Shown here piece after piece: positions 52,169 to 61,451 of a stretch of 64,000 nt of DNA. Position numbers and translations under genes: made by a program. The notes under the pieces are model-generated. The model saw only the letters and a program-made list of their open reading frames with translations. It was not told the DNA's origin and made no database searches. This DNA comes from an uncultured Chloroflexia bacterium (GTDB lineage Bacteria > Chloroflexota > Limnocylindria > Limnocylindrales > CSP1-4), in the NCBI GenBank assembly GCA_963746845.1, contig CAVVCZ010000002.1:160001-224000 (forward strand). Direction: 5' to 3'. Position 1 is the stretch's first letter, and each line of letters starts with the position of its first letter.

Positions 52169-53089
52169 GTGCGCGTCGCCGTCACCGGTGCCGGCGGCCG
52201 GCTCGGGCGGGCGCTCGTGACCGCGCTCGAGGAGGCGCCGTTCACGGGTCCGTTCGGCCCGCTCTCGTGGACGCGGCCGATCTTCGACCTCGATGCGCCG
52301 GACGGGTTCGCGGCGCTGCTCGAGCGCGACCGGCCGGAGGTCGTCGTCCACGCCGCCGCCTGGACCGACGTCGACGGCTGCGCGCGGGACCCGGAGCTGG
52401 CGATGGCGCGGAACGGGGCCGCGACCGCGGCGCTGGCCCGGGCGACCGCCGAGCGGGGGATCGATCTCGTCGTCGTCTCGACGAACGAGGTGTTCGACGG
52501 CCGGCGGACCGACGGGCTCGGGTACGGCCCGGACGATCCGACCGGCCCGATCAACCCGTACGGCGCGTCCAAGCTCGCCGGTGAGGACGGTGCCCGGGCC
52601 GCGTACGCCGCCGCCGGAGACGGCCCGGCGCTCGGGGTCGTCCGGACCGCGTGGCTGTTCGGGCCGCCTGGCAACGACTTCCCGGCCAAGATCCTTGCGG
52701 CCGCGGATCGCGCGGTTGCGGCCGGCGAGCCGCTGCGCCTCGTCGCGGACGAGATCGGCTCGCCGACGGCCGCCCACGACCTGGCCGAGGCGATCGCGGA
52801 GCTGATCGGCGGCGCGGCGATCGCCGGGACCCATCACGTCGTCAACATGGGCGTCGCGAGCCGCGCCAAGTGGGCCCGCGAGGTACTCCGCCAGGCCCGC
52901 CTCGACGTGCCGACCGCGGACGTCCCGGCGTCCACGTGGCCGCGGGCCTCGACTCCTCCCGCGTGGGCGGTCCTCGCCGCGACGCCGCTGCCCGGCGGCG
53001 AGCCGCTCCGCGCCTGGCCGCTTGCCCTCGCGGACCGGATGCCCGGCCTGTTGCGCGACCGGTCGCGACCGACGCCGGCGAGCCGCTGA
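52169..53089 (+). CDS. rmlD: dTDP-4-dehydrorhamnose reductase
   Basis: TGAGGRLG, HAAAWTDVD, PINPYGASKLAGE, GSPT. Confidence 0.9.
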   Translation: MRVAVTGAGGRLGRALVTALEEAPFTGPFGPLSWTRPIFDLDAPDGFAALLERDRPEVVVHAAAWTDVDGCARDPELAMARNGAATAALARATAERGIDLVVVSTNEVFDGRRTDGLGYGPDDPTGPINPYGASKLAGEDGARAAYAAAGDGPALGVVRTAWLFGPPGNDFPAKILAAADRAVAAGEPLRLVADEIGSPTAAHDLAEAIAELIGGAAIAGTHHVVNMGVASRAKWAREVLRQARLDVPTADVPASTWPRASTPPAWAVLAATPLPGGEPLRAWPLALADRMPGLLRDRSRPTPASR

Positions 53090-53094
53090 CCCCG

Positions 53095-53688
53095 ATGGCC
53101 GACCTCAGCCGCGCGCCATCGAGCCTGGCCGGCGTCCGGTACGGCGCGATCGCCCGTCACGGCGACGGCCGGGGTGCGTTCCGCGAGTTCTGGCGCGTCT
53201 CGGCGTTCCCGACCCTGGAACCGGCCGAGACCGGCGCCCCGCCCGGCGTGCAGCCGCGCTTCGTCCAGGCCAATCTCTCGACCTCGGCGGCCGGGGTCCT
53301 GCGCGGGCTCCACTACCACCGTCGCCAGCTCGACTACTGGGTCGTGGCCGCCGGCCGCGCGTTCGTCGCCCTCGTCGACGTCCGGCCGCTCACGACGGGG
53401 GCGGGGGATCGGCCGCTGGTCGAGACCCGCGAGCTGGCCGCCGACGAATGGGTGGTGATCCCGACCGGTGTCGCCCACGGCTTCCTCGCCCTCGAGGACC
53501 TCGAGCTCCTCTACCTCGTGACGAACGAGTACGACGGGAGCGACGAGCTCGGGTTCGCGTGGGACGACCCCACGGCCGCCGTATCGTGGCCCGCCGTGCC
53601 GGCGAGCCCCGACGGCCGCCCGATCCTGTCGGATCGCGACCGGTCGAACCCGTCGTTGCTGGAGCTGGTGGCCCGCGTCCGGGGCTGA
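53095..53688 (+). CDS. rmlC: dTDP-4-dehydrorhamnose 3,5-epimerase
   Basis: DGRGAFRE, GVLRGLHYH, GVAHGF, ILSDRD. Confidence 0.92.
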   Translation: MADLSRAPSSLAGVRYGAIARHGDGRGAFREFWRVSAFPTLEPAETGAPPGVQPRFVQANLSTSAAGVLRGLHYHRRQLDYWVVAAGRAFVALVDVRPLTTGAGDRPLVETRELAADEWVVIPTGVAHGFLALEDLELLYLVTNEYDGSDELGFAWDDPTAAVSWPAVPASPDGRPILSDRDRSNPSLLELVARVRG

Positions 53689-53728
53689 CGGGCGCGACGC
53701 GGTCAGGCGCTGGCCCGCGAGGCTCGAA

Positions 53729-53979
53729 CCTGCCAGATCGTCGCCCGACGACGACTACGCGCCAGAACCCGCGACATCGGTGCCAGATCGTCGCCCGGTG
53801 ACGACGAGGCCGACTCGCGTACCGCGTGGGGGCACTGGCCACCCACGACGAGCGCGCCGGGTGGCGCGCCAACCCTCGGAAATCGGGCGTCGAACGGACC
53901 CAATCGACATGGGGCGACGATCTGTCATCGATCCGGGCCGCTGATGCCCATCGTCGACACCCGATGACGAGATGGCAGG
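53729..53979. repeat. ~250-bp symmetric element: two direct and two inverted copies of a 17-mer
   Basis: TGCCAGATCGTCGCCCG at 53731 and 53781; inverted copies end at 53927 (15/17) and 53977 (12/17). Both pairs are 50 bp apart. Confidence 0.7.
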
Positions 53980-54296
53980 ATCGGGTCGGTAGATCCGACC
54001 TCGGGCGGGCCGCCGCCGCCGGTCGCCGGATCGAGCGTGCGCCGCCGGCGAGTTGTCCACAGCCGCATCGACGTACCGTGGATCGCACGCACCATCCCGG
54101 CTGAGCCCCCAGGCCCACCGGACCCCACCGTTCCGCCCGCGTCCCGACTCGCGAGCGGTCGATCGGGCCATCGCGCCCCGGACCATCCCGCGATTGGCCC
54201 GCGCGGCCTCCGCGAGCACGCTGCGTGGGCACTCATTCGGGCGCGCGGGCGCTCCTTGTCCGCGAGCCGTGCTCTCGAGCTCGACCGGAGCCGAAT

Positions 54297-56600
54297 TTGC
54301 GTCGTTTCGCCGCCGTTGCCGTCCTGGTCGCCATCAGCGCGTTCATCGTGTCCGCGCCGGCGTCGGCGGCCGTGCCGATCAGCAGCGCCAAGGTCGTGAT
54401 CATCGTGGGTGCGACCGAGGGCTCGACGAGCGCCTACCGCTCGTATGCCGATCAGGCCTACGCCGAGGCGATCAAGTACACGTCGAAGGTCACGAAGGTC
54501 TACAGCCCGAACGCGACCTGGTCGAAGGTCAAGGCCGCAGTCGCCGGAGCGAACATCGTCCTGTACTACGGCCACGGCAACGGCTGGCCGAGCCCGTACA
54601 CGTACGACCCCAAGTACACAACGAAGGACGGGATGGGTCTGAACGACCCGGCGAACCTGTCCGACAGCGTCCACAAGTACTACGGCGAGCCGTCGATGGC
54701 CACCCTCGGACTGGCCCCGAACGCGATCGTCCTCCTGGGCAACCTCTGCTACGCCTCGGGCAACTCGGAGCCCGGCCAGACGGCACCCACCGTGACGGTC
54801 GCCCGCCAGCGGATCGACAACTACGCCGCCGGCTTCATCAAGGGCGGCGCCCGCGCGGTCATCGCGGACGGGCACGGCGGGCTCGTCAGCTACATCCGCG
54901 GCCTGTTCACGACCGGCCAGACGATCGTCGACCTGTGGCGGTCGGTGCCCGACTTCCACAACCACGTCGCGACCTTCGCCTCGACCCGCTCGCCGGGCTA
55001 CACGGCGTACTCCGACACGGACACCGCGACGGCCGGCTACTACCGCTCCCTCGTCACCAAGCCGACGATGACCACGACGGCCGTGACCAACGCGGTCGGC
55101 GACACGGGGCTCGACCCGACGAGCCTCGTCATTCCCGGCCGCGCCGAGGTCGACGCACCCGACACGCCGCTCCTTCCCGCGGCGTCGGCGGCCGGGCTGG
55201 CGGCCGTGGCCGACGAGCCGACCCTCGACCTGCCCGAAGGCACGCGTCTGAAGATCATCGCCATCGGGCTGCCGGCAACCGCCGATACGCCGGCCCTGCT
55301 CCAGGTCGAGGGTCTCGACGACCCGACGATCACCGGGTTCGTGCCCGCGGACCACCTCGCCCCGAAGGACAGCCGGGCGCCCGTCCTCATCGGGATCGAC
55401 AGCGGGCTCGCTCGCTTCTCGCCCAACGGCGACGGCGTGGCCGACACCCAGGCGATCGGCGCCCTGTTCTCGGAGACGGTGAGCTGGACGTTCGACGTCC
55501 GCGACCACGACGGGACGGTGCTCGCCACCAGGACCGGCAATGGCAAGGAGGTGTCCGCGAGCTGGGACGGGCTCGTCGGCGGGTCCCCGGTGCCGGACGG
55601 CACGTACACGTGGAACCTCCGCGGGACGGACGCCTGGCAGAACGGCGTCGCGACCGGGACCGGCACGCTCGTCGTCGATACCAGCCCGCCGTCGATCGCG
55701 ACGATCGCACCCGACACCGGCGTGACGACGGCGTTCAGCCCGAACGGCGACGGCGTCGCGGACACCGTCTCGACGACGGCCACTCCGACCGAGTCGGGCT
55801 CGATCGCGGTCCGCGTCGCCGATGGCGGGAACGTCACGGTCCGCACGTTCAGCGTGCCGTCCACGACCGGTCCGACGGCCCTGACCTGGGACGGGAAGAA
55901 CAACAGCGGCGCGGTCGTCCCGGACGGCGACTACACGATCACGATGGCCGCTCGTGACGCCGTCGGCAACGGCGGACCCGGTCGGACCCGGACCGTGCGC
56001 GTCATCACGGTGCTCGGCTTCGTCGCCAGCTCGGCAACGCTGATCTACCCGAACGACCTCGACCGCTTCGCGCCGACGTCGGTGCTGTCGTTCAAGCTGG
56101 GCCGCCCCGCGACCGTGTCGTGGACGATCCGGAACGCCGCCGGGGCGATCGTCGTGACCCATCTCGACAACGTCGCGCTCCCGGCGGGGGCGCAGGCGTG
56201 GACGTTCAACGGCCGGCGGGCCGACGGGACGATGTTGCCGGTCGGGGCCTACACCTCGACCGTCGTCGCGACGGACGGATCGTTCATGGCGGCCCAGTCC
56301 TCGAAGGTGGAGCTCAACGCGTTCGCGATCGTCACCTCGACCGGCGGGCCGAAGCGGGGCTCGAAGCTGACGATCACCGCCACCTCGGCCGAGCCGCTGA
56401 AGGGCAATCCGAGCCTGTACGTCACCCAGCCGGGCCTGTCGACCTACGTCCTGGCGATGAGCCGGGTCGACAGCCGGACCTTCCGGCTCACCTTCACGCT
56501 GAAGTCCTCCGGATCCGCGGGGACACTGAAGGTGAAGGTCTGGGCGAAGGACTACGACGGGCGGACGCAGGCGACGACGAGGTCGCTCACCCTGCACTGA
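54297..56600 (+). CDS. Secreted protein: N-terminal alpha/beta domain plus FlgD-like Ig repeats
   Basis: GGAG RBS, TTG start, signal peptide (ASA-A), FSPNGDGVADT and WDG...VPDG.YT repeats. Confidence 0.8.
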   Translation: MRRFAAVAVLVAISAFIVSAPASAAVPISSAKVVIIVGATEGSTSAYRSYADQAYAEAIKYTSKVTKVYSPNATWSKVKAAVAGANIVLYYGHGNGWPSPYTYDPKYTTKDGMGLNDPANLSDSVHKYYGEPSMATLGLAPNAIVLLGNLCYASGNSEPGQTAPTVTVARQRIDNYAAGFIKGGARAVIADGHGGLVSYIRGLFTTGQTIVDLWRSVPDFHNHVATFASTRSPGYTAYSDTDTATAGYYRSLVTKPTMTTTAVTNAVGDTGLDPTSLVIPGRAEVDAPDTPLLPAASAAGLAAVADEPTLDLPEGTRLKIIAIGLPATADTPALLQVEGLDDPTITGFVPADHLAPKDSRAPVLIGIDSGLARFSPNGDGVADTQAIGALFSETVSWTFDVRDHDGTVLATRTGNGKEVSASWDGLVGGSPVPDGTYTWNLRGTDAWQNGVATGTGTLVVDTSPPSIATIAPDTGVTTAFSPNGDGVADTVSTTATPTESGSIAVRVADGGNVTVRTFSVPSTTGPTALTWDGKNNSGAVVPDGDYTITMAARDAVGNGGPGRTRTVRVITVLGFVASSATLIYPNDLDRFAPTSVLSFKLGRPATVSWTIRNAAGAIVVTHLDNVALPAGAQAWTFNGRRADGTMLPVGAYTSTVVATDGSFMAAQSSKVELNAFAIVTSTGGPKRGSKLTITATSAEPLKGNPSLYVTQPGLSTYVLAMSRVDSRTFRLTFTLKSSGSAGTLKVKVWAKDYDGRTQATTRSLTLH

Positions 56601-56787
56601 CCCTGCGGCGACGGTCCCGGACCGCACCCGACCCCACCGTACCCCAGCGAACAGGACCATCGGAGGACTGTCCGGTCCGGCCGCGCGCGCCCACGATCCG
56701 TGGGTCGGCTACGGCGGGTCGAGACGTGGCGGTCGACGCCGAGATTCCGTCGCCGCGGCGACGGGGAGGATCGCCGGAGGATCGCCG

Positions 56788-59700
56788 TTGTCGTCCCGAA
56801 ACCGCCGCTTCCCGGTTCGGCGCGGCCGTCCCGCATCGGTCACGCTGCTCGTCCTCGCCCTGCTGGCGTCCGGTGCCTCGCCCGGCACGACCCACGCGGC
56901 CGCCCCCGATCCGGTGCCGGTCCGCCTGGCCATCCCGTCGACCGATGTCGCAGACCGCGGTGAGGACGGCGAGCCGGCGCCCGCGACCGCCGCATCCGAC
57001 GCGATCGCCGATGTCGGCGGCCTCCAGCCCTCGATCCAGTACGTCGAGGCGCTGGCCCACGAGCACGATCGGATCGCCTTCACCCCCGGAGCCCGGGTCG
57101 CCGTGCCCTTCACGCCGCGCGCCGGCGACCGCTGGTCCGTGGGCGGCGCCGTACCGACAGGGCTGCCGAGCGGCCGGCTGGACGGCCGGGCGATGCGCAC
57201 GGAGCCACCGGGGCACAGCGACGGTCCCACCCGGCCTCTCCCGGATCGATCGATCGACCTCCCGAACGAGATGGGCCGCGGGATCCGCAGCATCAGCGCC
57301 TCGTACGTTCCGGAGGCCGCGACCGGAACCGTCACGACCCAGGCCACGGTCACGAGGACCGGCCTGCGCCGCGAGATCTTCGGCTTCCTGCCGTACTGGG
57401 AGCTGAACGCGACCTCGCTCCGGCTGGACTACAAGCGGATCTCCACGATCGCCTACTTCGGGATCGGCGCGGACGCCGCCGGCAACCTCCAGCGGCGGAA
57501 CCCCGACGGCTCCACCTCGGTCGGCTGGAGCGGCTGGACCAGCTCGAAGCTGACCGGCATCATCTCGGCCGCTCACAAGGCCCACACGCGGGTCGTGCTG
57601 ACGGTCCAGAGCTTCGGCTGGAACAGCTCCGGCCTCGCCCGCCAGCGCAGCCTCCTGGGCAGCCCCACGGCCCGTGCCAACCTCGCCCGCCAGATCGCGG
57701 CGGCCGTGCGGGATCGTGGGGCGGACGGCGTCAACCTCGACTTCGAGCCGCTCGCAAGGGGCTACGACACGGAGTTCACGGCGCTCGTCCGCGGGATCCG
57801 CTCCCAGCTGAACCGGATCCACCCGGGCTACCAGATCACGTTCGACACGACCGGCTCGATCGGCAACTACCCGATCGAGGCGGCGACCGCGGCGGGTGGC
57901 GCGGACGCGATCTTCATCATGGGCTATGACTACCGGACGTCCGGCTCGAGCCCGGTCGGGTCGATCGCCCCGCTGAACCGGGACGGCTACGACATCCGCG
58001 ACACGATCGCCGCCTACACGGCGCGCGTGCCGGCGTCGAAGCTGATCCTCGGCGTCCCGTACTACGGCCGTGCCTGGTCGACGCCGAGCAACGTCCCGAA
58101 CGCGAGCAACACGAGCTCCGCGAAGACCGGCCCGTCGACGACCGTGACCTACGACACCGCCGCCGACTACCTCGCCCAGTACGGGCGGAAGTTCGACGCG
58201 ACCGAGGGAGTCGCCTGGACGGCGTACCGCCGCCAGAACTGCACCGCGACGTACGGGTGCGTCACGTCATGGCGGCAGCTGTACGTCGACGACGCCGCGG
58301 CGATCGGGCGGAAGTACGACCTCGTCAACGCCTACAACCTCCGCGGAGCGGGCATCTGGGCGCTCGGCTACGACGGGACGCGGCCCCAGCTGTGGAACGC
58401 GATCCAGGCGAAGTTCATCACCGACTCGACGCCGCCCACGGTCGGGATCCGGACGCTCCCCGTGCGGAGCGTCAACCCGGGCATCCCCGTGGCGTGGACC
58501 GGGACGGACGACGTCGCCATTGCCAGCTACGACACGCAGGTCTCGACCGACGGCGGGGCGTGGGCGACATGGCTGACCGCGACCAAGGCCGGGTCGGCGG
58601 TCTGGCCGGGCGTCGACGGGCACGTCTACGCGTTCCGGGTCCGGGCACGCGACCTGTCGGGCAATCGCAGCGCCTGGAACGTCGTCTCGACGGCCGGTCA
58701 GGCCGGCCCGGCCCTGGCCGTCGGTGGGTTCGGGGTCGTCAGGCTGGACCGAGTCGGGGTCCGCTCGGCGCCGGACGCATCCGCCGCCCGGATCGCCCGG
58801 GTCTCGTCCGGCGCCCTGCTCGCGATCGTCGGCGGCCCGAAGACCGCCGATGGCTTCACCTGGTACCAGGTCGTCGGCCCGCTCACGGAGTGGACCGCGC
58901 TCCGTCCCGTGATCCGGGGCGGCTGGATCGCCGCCCGATCCGGCGGACAGGTCGTCGTCGCGCCCGCGAAGGCGCCGAACGCCACCCGGATCGATGCCTA
59001 TCTCGGTCACCTCACGTTCAACGGGACCGGTGGCGCGAGCGTCGGCTCGAGCGCATCGGCCGTGGGCCAGCGTGCGTTCTCGCCCAACGGCGACCGCTCG
59101 AGGGACGCGATCCGGATCGACTGGACGAACGCCGTCTCGCTGGACCGGCTCGTGCTCCGGGTGTTCCGGGCGAACGGCTCGCTCGTCGGCGAGGTGCCGG
59201 TCGCCCAGCGCTCGAAGGGCGCGCAGACCACGACCTGGAACGGAAGCGTCGGCGGGCATCGCCTGATTGACGGCCGCTACCTCGTGAGCCTGATCGGCCG
59301 GAAGGGCGCCACCACGTACTACAACCCCGCCTCGACGTTCCGCCCCGCGAGCCTCGGCGCCTACGGCGTGACGATCGATCGGGTCGCGCCGACCGTCAAG
59401 GCGGCCTCCGCGACCGGGTCGCTGATCTCGCCGAACGGGGACAAGGTCCTCGACTCCGTCAAGGTGTCCCTGTCCGCCGGCGGGGCCACCGTCTGGGCCT
59501 TCGGCGTCGCGCCGGTCCTCGGGACGCGGACGGGCAGGCCGATCCTCATCCGGTCCGGCAGCGGGAGTGCCGCGAGCGTGACCTGGAGCGGCCAGACCAG
59601 TGCCGGGACGATCGCGCCCGATGGGACGTACCGACTGCAGCTGCTGGTCGGCGACCCGGCCGGGAACCGCGTGAGCCGGTCGTGGACGGTGCGCCTCGAC

Positions 59701-60591
59701 CGAACGCCGCCGGCGATCGTCGCCACGGCGCCCGCGTCGTTCTCGCCGAACGGCGACGGCGTCGCCGACACCGCCCGGCTCGCGTGGTCGACGCCCGAGG
59801 CGATCACGGGCACCGCCCGGATCTATCACGGCTCGACGCTCATCCGCTCGTGGTCGATCACGAGGGCGGCCGCCGGAGCGGTCACCTGGACCGGCACGAG
59901 CACGTCCGGGAGCCGGGTCGCCGATGGCTCCTACACGATCCGCGTCAGCGGCCGCGACGCGGCCGGCAACGTCGCAGCGCGCTCGGTCGCGATCAAGGTC
60001 GATCGGACGCTGGCCTCGGTCCGCTGGACGCCGGCCGCGTTCTTCGTGCAGGACGGCGACGCGTTCGCGCCGACGGCGACCGTGACCTTCAAGCAGAGCC
60101 GGACCGCGAAGGTGAGCGCGGCGATCTACGCCGGGCCGACGCTCGTGCGGACGATCTGGACCAACCGGAGCCTCGGCGCCGGGACGCACGCCTGGACGTG
60201 GGACGGACGGAACGCGGTCGGCGGTATCGCGCCGCGCGGGACGTACACGGTCCGGATCACCGCGGTCAGCGCGATCGGCACCTCCGTCCTGAGCCGCAGC
60301 ATCCTCCTCGACGCGTTCGCGGTGGGCCTGTCCGCCGCCACGGTCACGGCCGGTCAAACCCTGACGATCACGCTGTCGCCGACCGAGCCGTTGAAGGCGG
60401 CCCCGACGGTGACCTTCACCCAGCGCGGCCGGGCGCCGGTCACCAAGGCGGCGGCGTCGATCGGTGGCGGCCGCTACCGCGTGTCCTTCACGGTGGCGAC
60501 GAAGGGCGTGGGAACGGCGACGATCGCGATCTCCGGACGGGACGTTCGGGGCGGCCTCAACACGACTTCCCGCACGGTCGCGGTCCGATGA
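56788..60591 (+). CDS. Secreted GH18-family glycoside hydrolase with FN3-like, SH3b-like and FlgD-Ig domains
   Basis: ADGVNLDFE, FIMGYDY, LILGVPYYG, GAGIWALGYD; repeated SPNGD modules. Confidence 0.85.
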   Translation: MSSRNRRFPVRRGRPASVTLLVLALLASGASPGTTHAAAPDPVPVRLAIPSTDVADRGEDGEPAPATAASDAIADVGGLQPSIQYVEALAHEHDRIAFTPGARVAVPFTPRAGDRWSVGGAVPTGLPSGRLDGRAMRTEPPGHSDGPTRPLPDRSIDLPNEMGRGIRSISASYVPEAATGTVTTQATVTRTGLRREIFGFLPYWELNATSLRLDYKRISTIAYFGIGADAAGNLQRRNPDGSTSVGWSGWTSSKLTGIISAAHKAHTRVVLTVQSFGWNSSGLARQRSLLGSPTARANLARQIAAAVRDRGADGVNLDFEPLARGYDTEFTALVRGIRSQLNRIHPGYQITFDTTGSIGNYPIEAATAAGGADAIFIMGYDYRTSGSSPVGSIAPLNRDGYDIRDTIAAYTARVPASKLILGVPYYGRAWSTPSNVPNASNTSSAKTGPSTTVTYDTAADYLAQYGRKFDATEGVAWTAYRRQNCTATYGCVTSWRQLYVDDAAAIGRKYDLVNAYNLRGAGIWALGYDGTRPQLWNAIQAKFITDSTPPTVGIRTLPVRSVNPGIPVAWTGTDDVAIASYDTQVSTDGGAWATWLTATKAGSAVWPGVDGHVYAFRVRARDLSGNRSAWNVVSTAGQAGPALAVGGFGVVRLDRVGVRSAPDASAARIARVSSGALLAIVGGPKTADGFTWYQVVGPLTEWTALRPVIRGGWIAARSGGQVVVAPAKAPNATRIDAYLGHLTFNGTGGASVGSSASAVGQRAFSPNGDRSRDAIRIDWTNAVSLDRLVLRVFRANGSLVGEVPVAQRSKGAQTTTWNGSVGGHRLIDGRYLVSLIGRKGATTYYNPASTFRPASLGAYGVTIDRVAPTVKAASATGSLISPNGDKVLDSVKVSLSAGGATVWAFGVAPVLGTRTGRPILIRSGSGSAASVTWSGQTSAGTIAPDGTYRLQLLVGDPAGNRVSRSWTVRLDRTPPAIVATAPASFSPNGDGVADTARLAWSTPEAITGTARIYHGSTLIRSWSITRAAAGAVTWTGTSTSGSRVADGSYTIRVSGRDAAGNVAARSVAIKVDRTLASVRWTPAAFFVQDGDAFAPTATVTFKQSRTAKVSAAIYAGPTLVRTIWTNRSLGAGTHAWTWDGRNAVGGIAPRGTYTVRITAVSAIGTSVLSRSILLDAFAVGLSAATVTAGQTLTITLSPTEPLKAAPTVTFTQRGRAPVTKAAASIGGGRYRVSFTVATKGVGTATIAISGRDVRGGLNTTSRTVAVR

Positions 60592-60614
60592 GCGGCGTCT
60601 ACACTGGCCCGACG

Positions 60615-61451
60615 ATGACGACCGATGCCCGCTCCGACGCGGTCTCCGTGGCCCTCGCCGACGGTCCGGCGACGGAGCCCGACCCGCGCTCCGCCGGCGA
60701 CGGCGTCTGGATCGTCCTCCCGACCTTCAACGAGGCCGAGAACCTCGGGCCAATCAGCGCGGCCATCCTGCTCGCGCTCCCCCGCGCGACGCTCCTCGTG
60801 GTCGACGACGGATCACCCGACGGCACCGGCCGGATCGCCGACGACATGGCCGGCGTCGATGCTCGGATCCGGGTCCGCCATCGCGCGGCGAAGCAGGGGC
60901 TGGGACGGGCTTATCTCGACGGGTTCGGCGTCGCTCTCGTCGGCGGCGCGTCCACGATCGTCCAGATGGACGCGGACTGGTCGCATGATCCGACGTCGCT
61001 GCCGGCGCTCATCCGGGCGGTCGAGCACGGCGATGCCGACCTCGTGATCGGCTCGCGCTACGTCAAGGGCGGCGGTGTCGTCGACTGGGGGATCGGCCGG
61101 CGGCTGATCTCGCGTGGGGGCAGCCTGTTCGCCCGGATGGTCCTCGGGCTCGGGCCGCACGACCTGACCGGCGGCTTCAAGGCCTGGCGGTCCTCGACGC
61201 TCGCGGCGATCCCGTTCGACGGGGTCCATGCGGGCGGCTACGTCTTCCAGATCGAGATGACCTTCCGGGCTGCCCGTCGAGGCGCGCGGATCCGGGAGAT
61301 CCCGATCACCTTCCGCGATCGACGGGTCGGCCAGTCGAAGATGAGCCGGCGGATCGTGGCCGAGGCGCTCGTCGTCGTCGTCCAGCTCCGGGCCGAGGAG
61401 ATCTGGGCGCGACTCCGGCGGTCCACGCCAAGCGAGGCCGAGACGCGGTGA
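60615..61451 (+). CDS. Polyprenol monophosphomannose synthase-like GT2
   Basis: PTFNEAENL, VVDDGSPDGT, QMDADWSHDP, DLTGGF, GYVFQIE. An alternative start lies at 60588. Confidence 0.92.
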   Translation: MTTDARSDAVSVALADGPATEPDPRSAGDGVWIVLPTFNEAENLGPISAAILLALPRATLLVVDDGSPDGTGRIADDMAGVDARIRVRHRAAKQGLGRAYLDGFGVALVGGASTIVQMDADWSHDPTSLPALIRAVEHGDADLVIGSRYVKGGGVVDWGIGRRLISRGGSLFARMVLGLGPHDLTGGFKAWRSSTLAAIPFDGVHAGGYVFQIEMTFRAARRGARIREIPITFRDRRVGQSKMSRRIVAEALVVVVQLRAEEIWARLRRSTPSEAETR

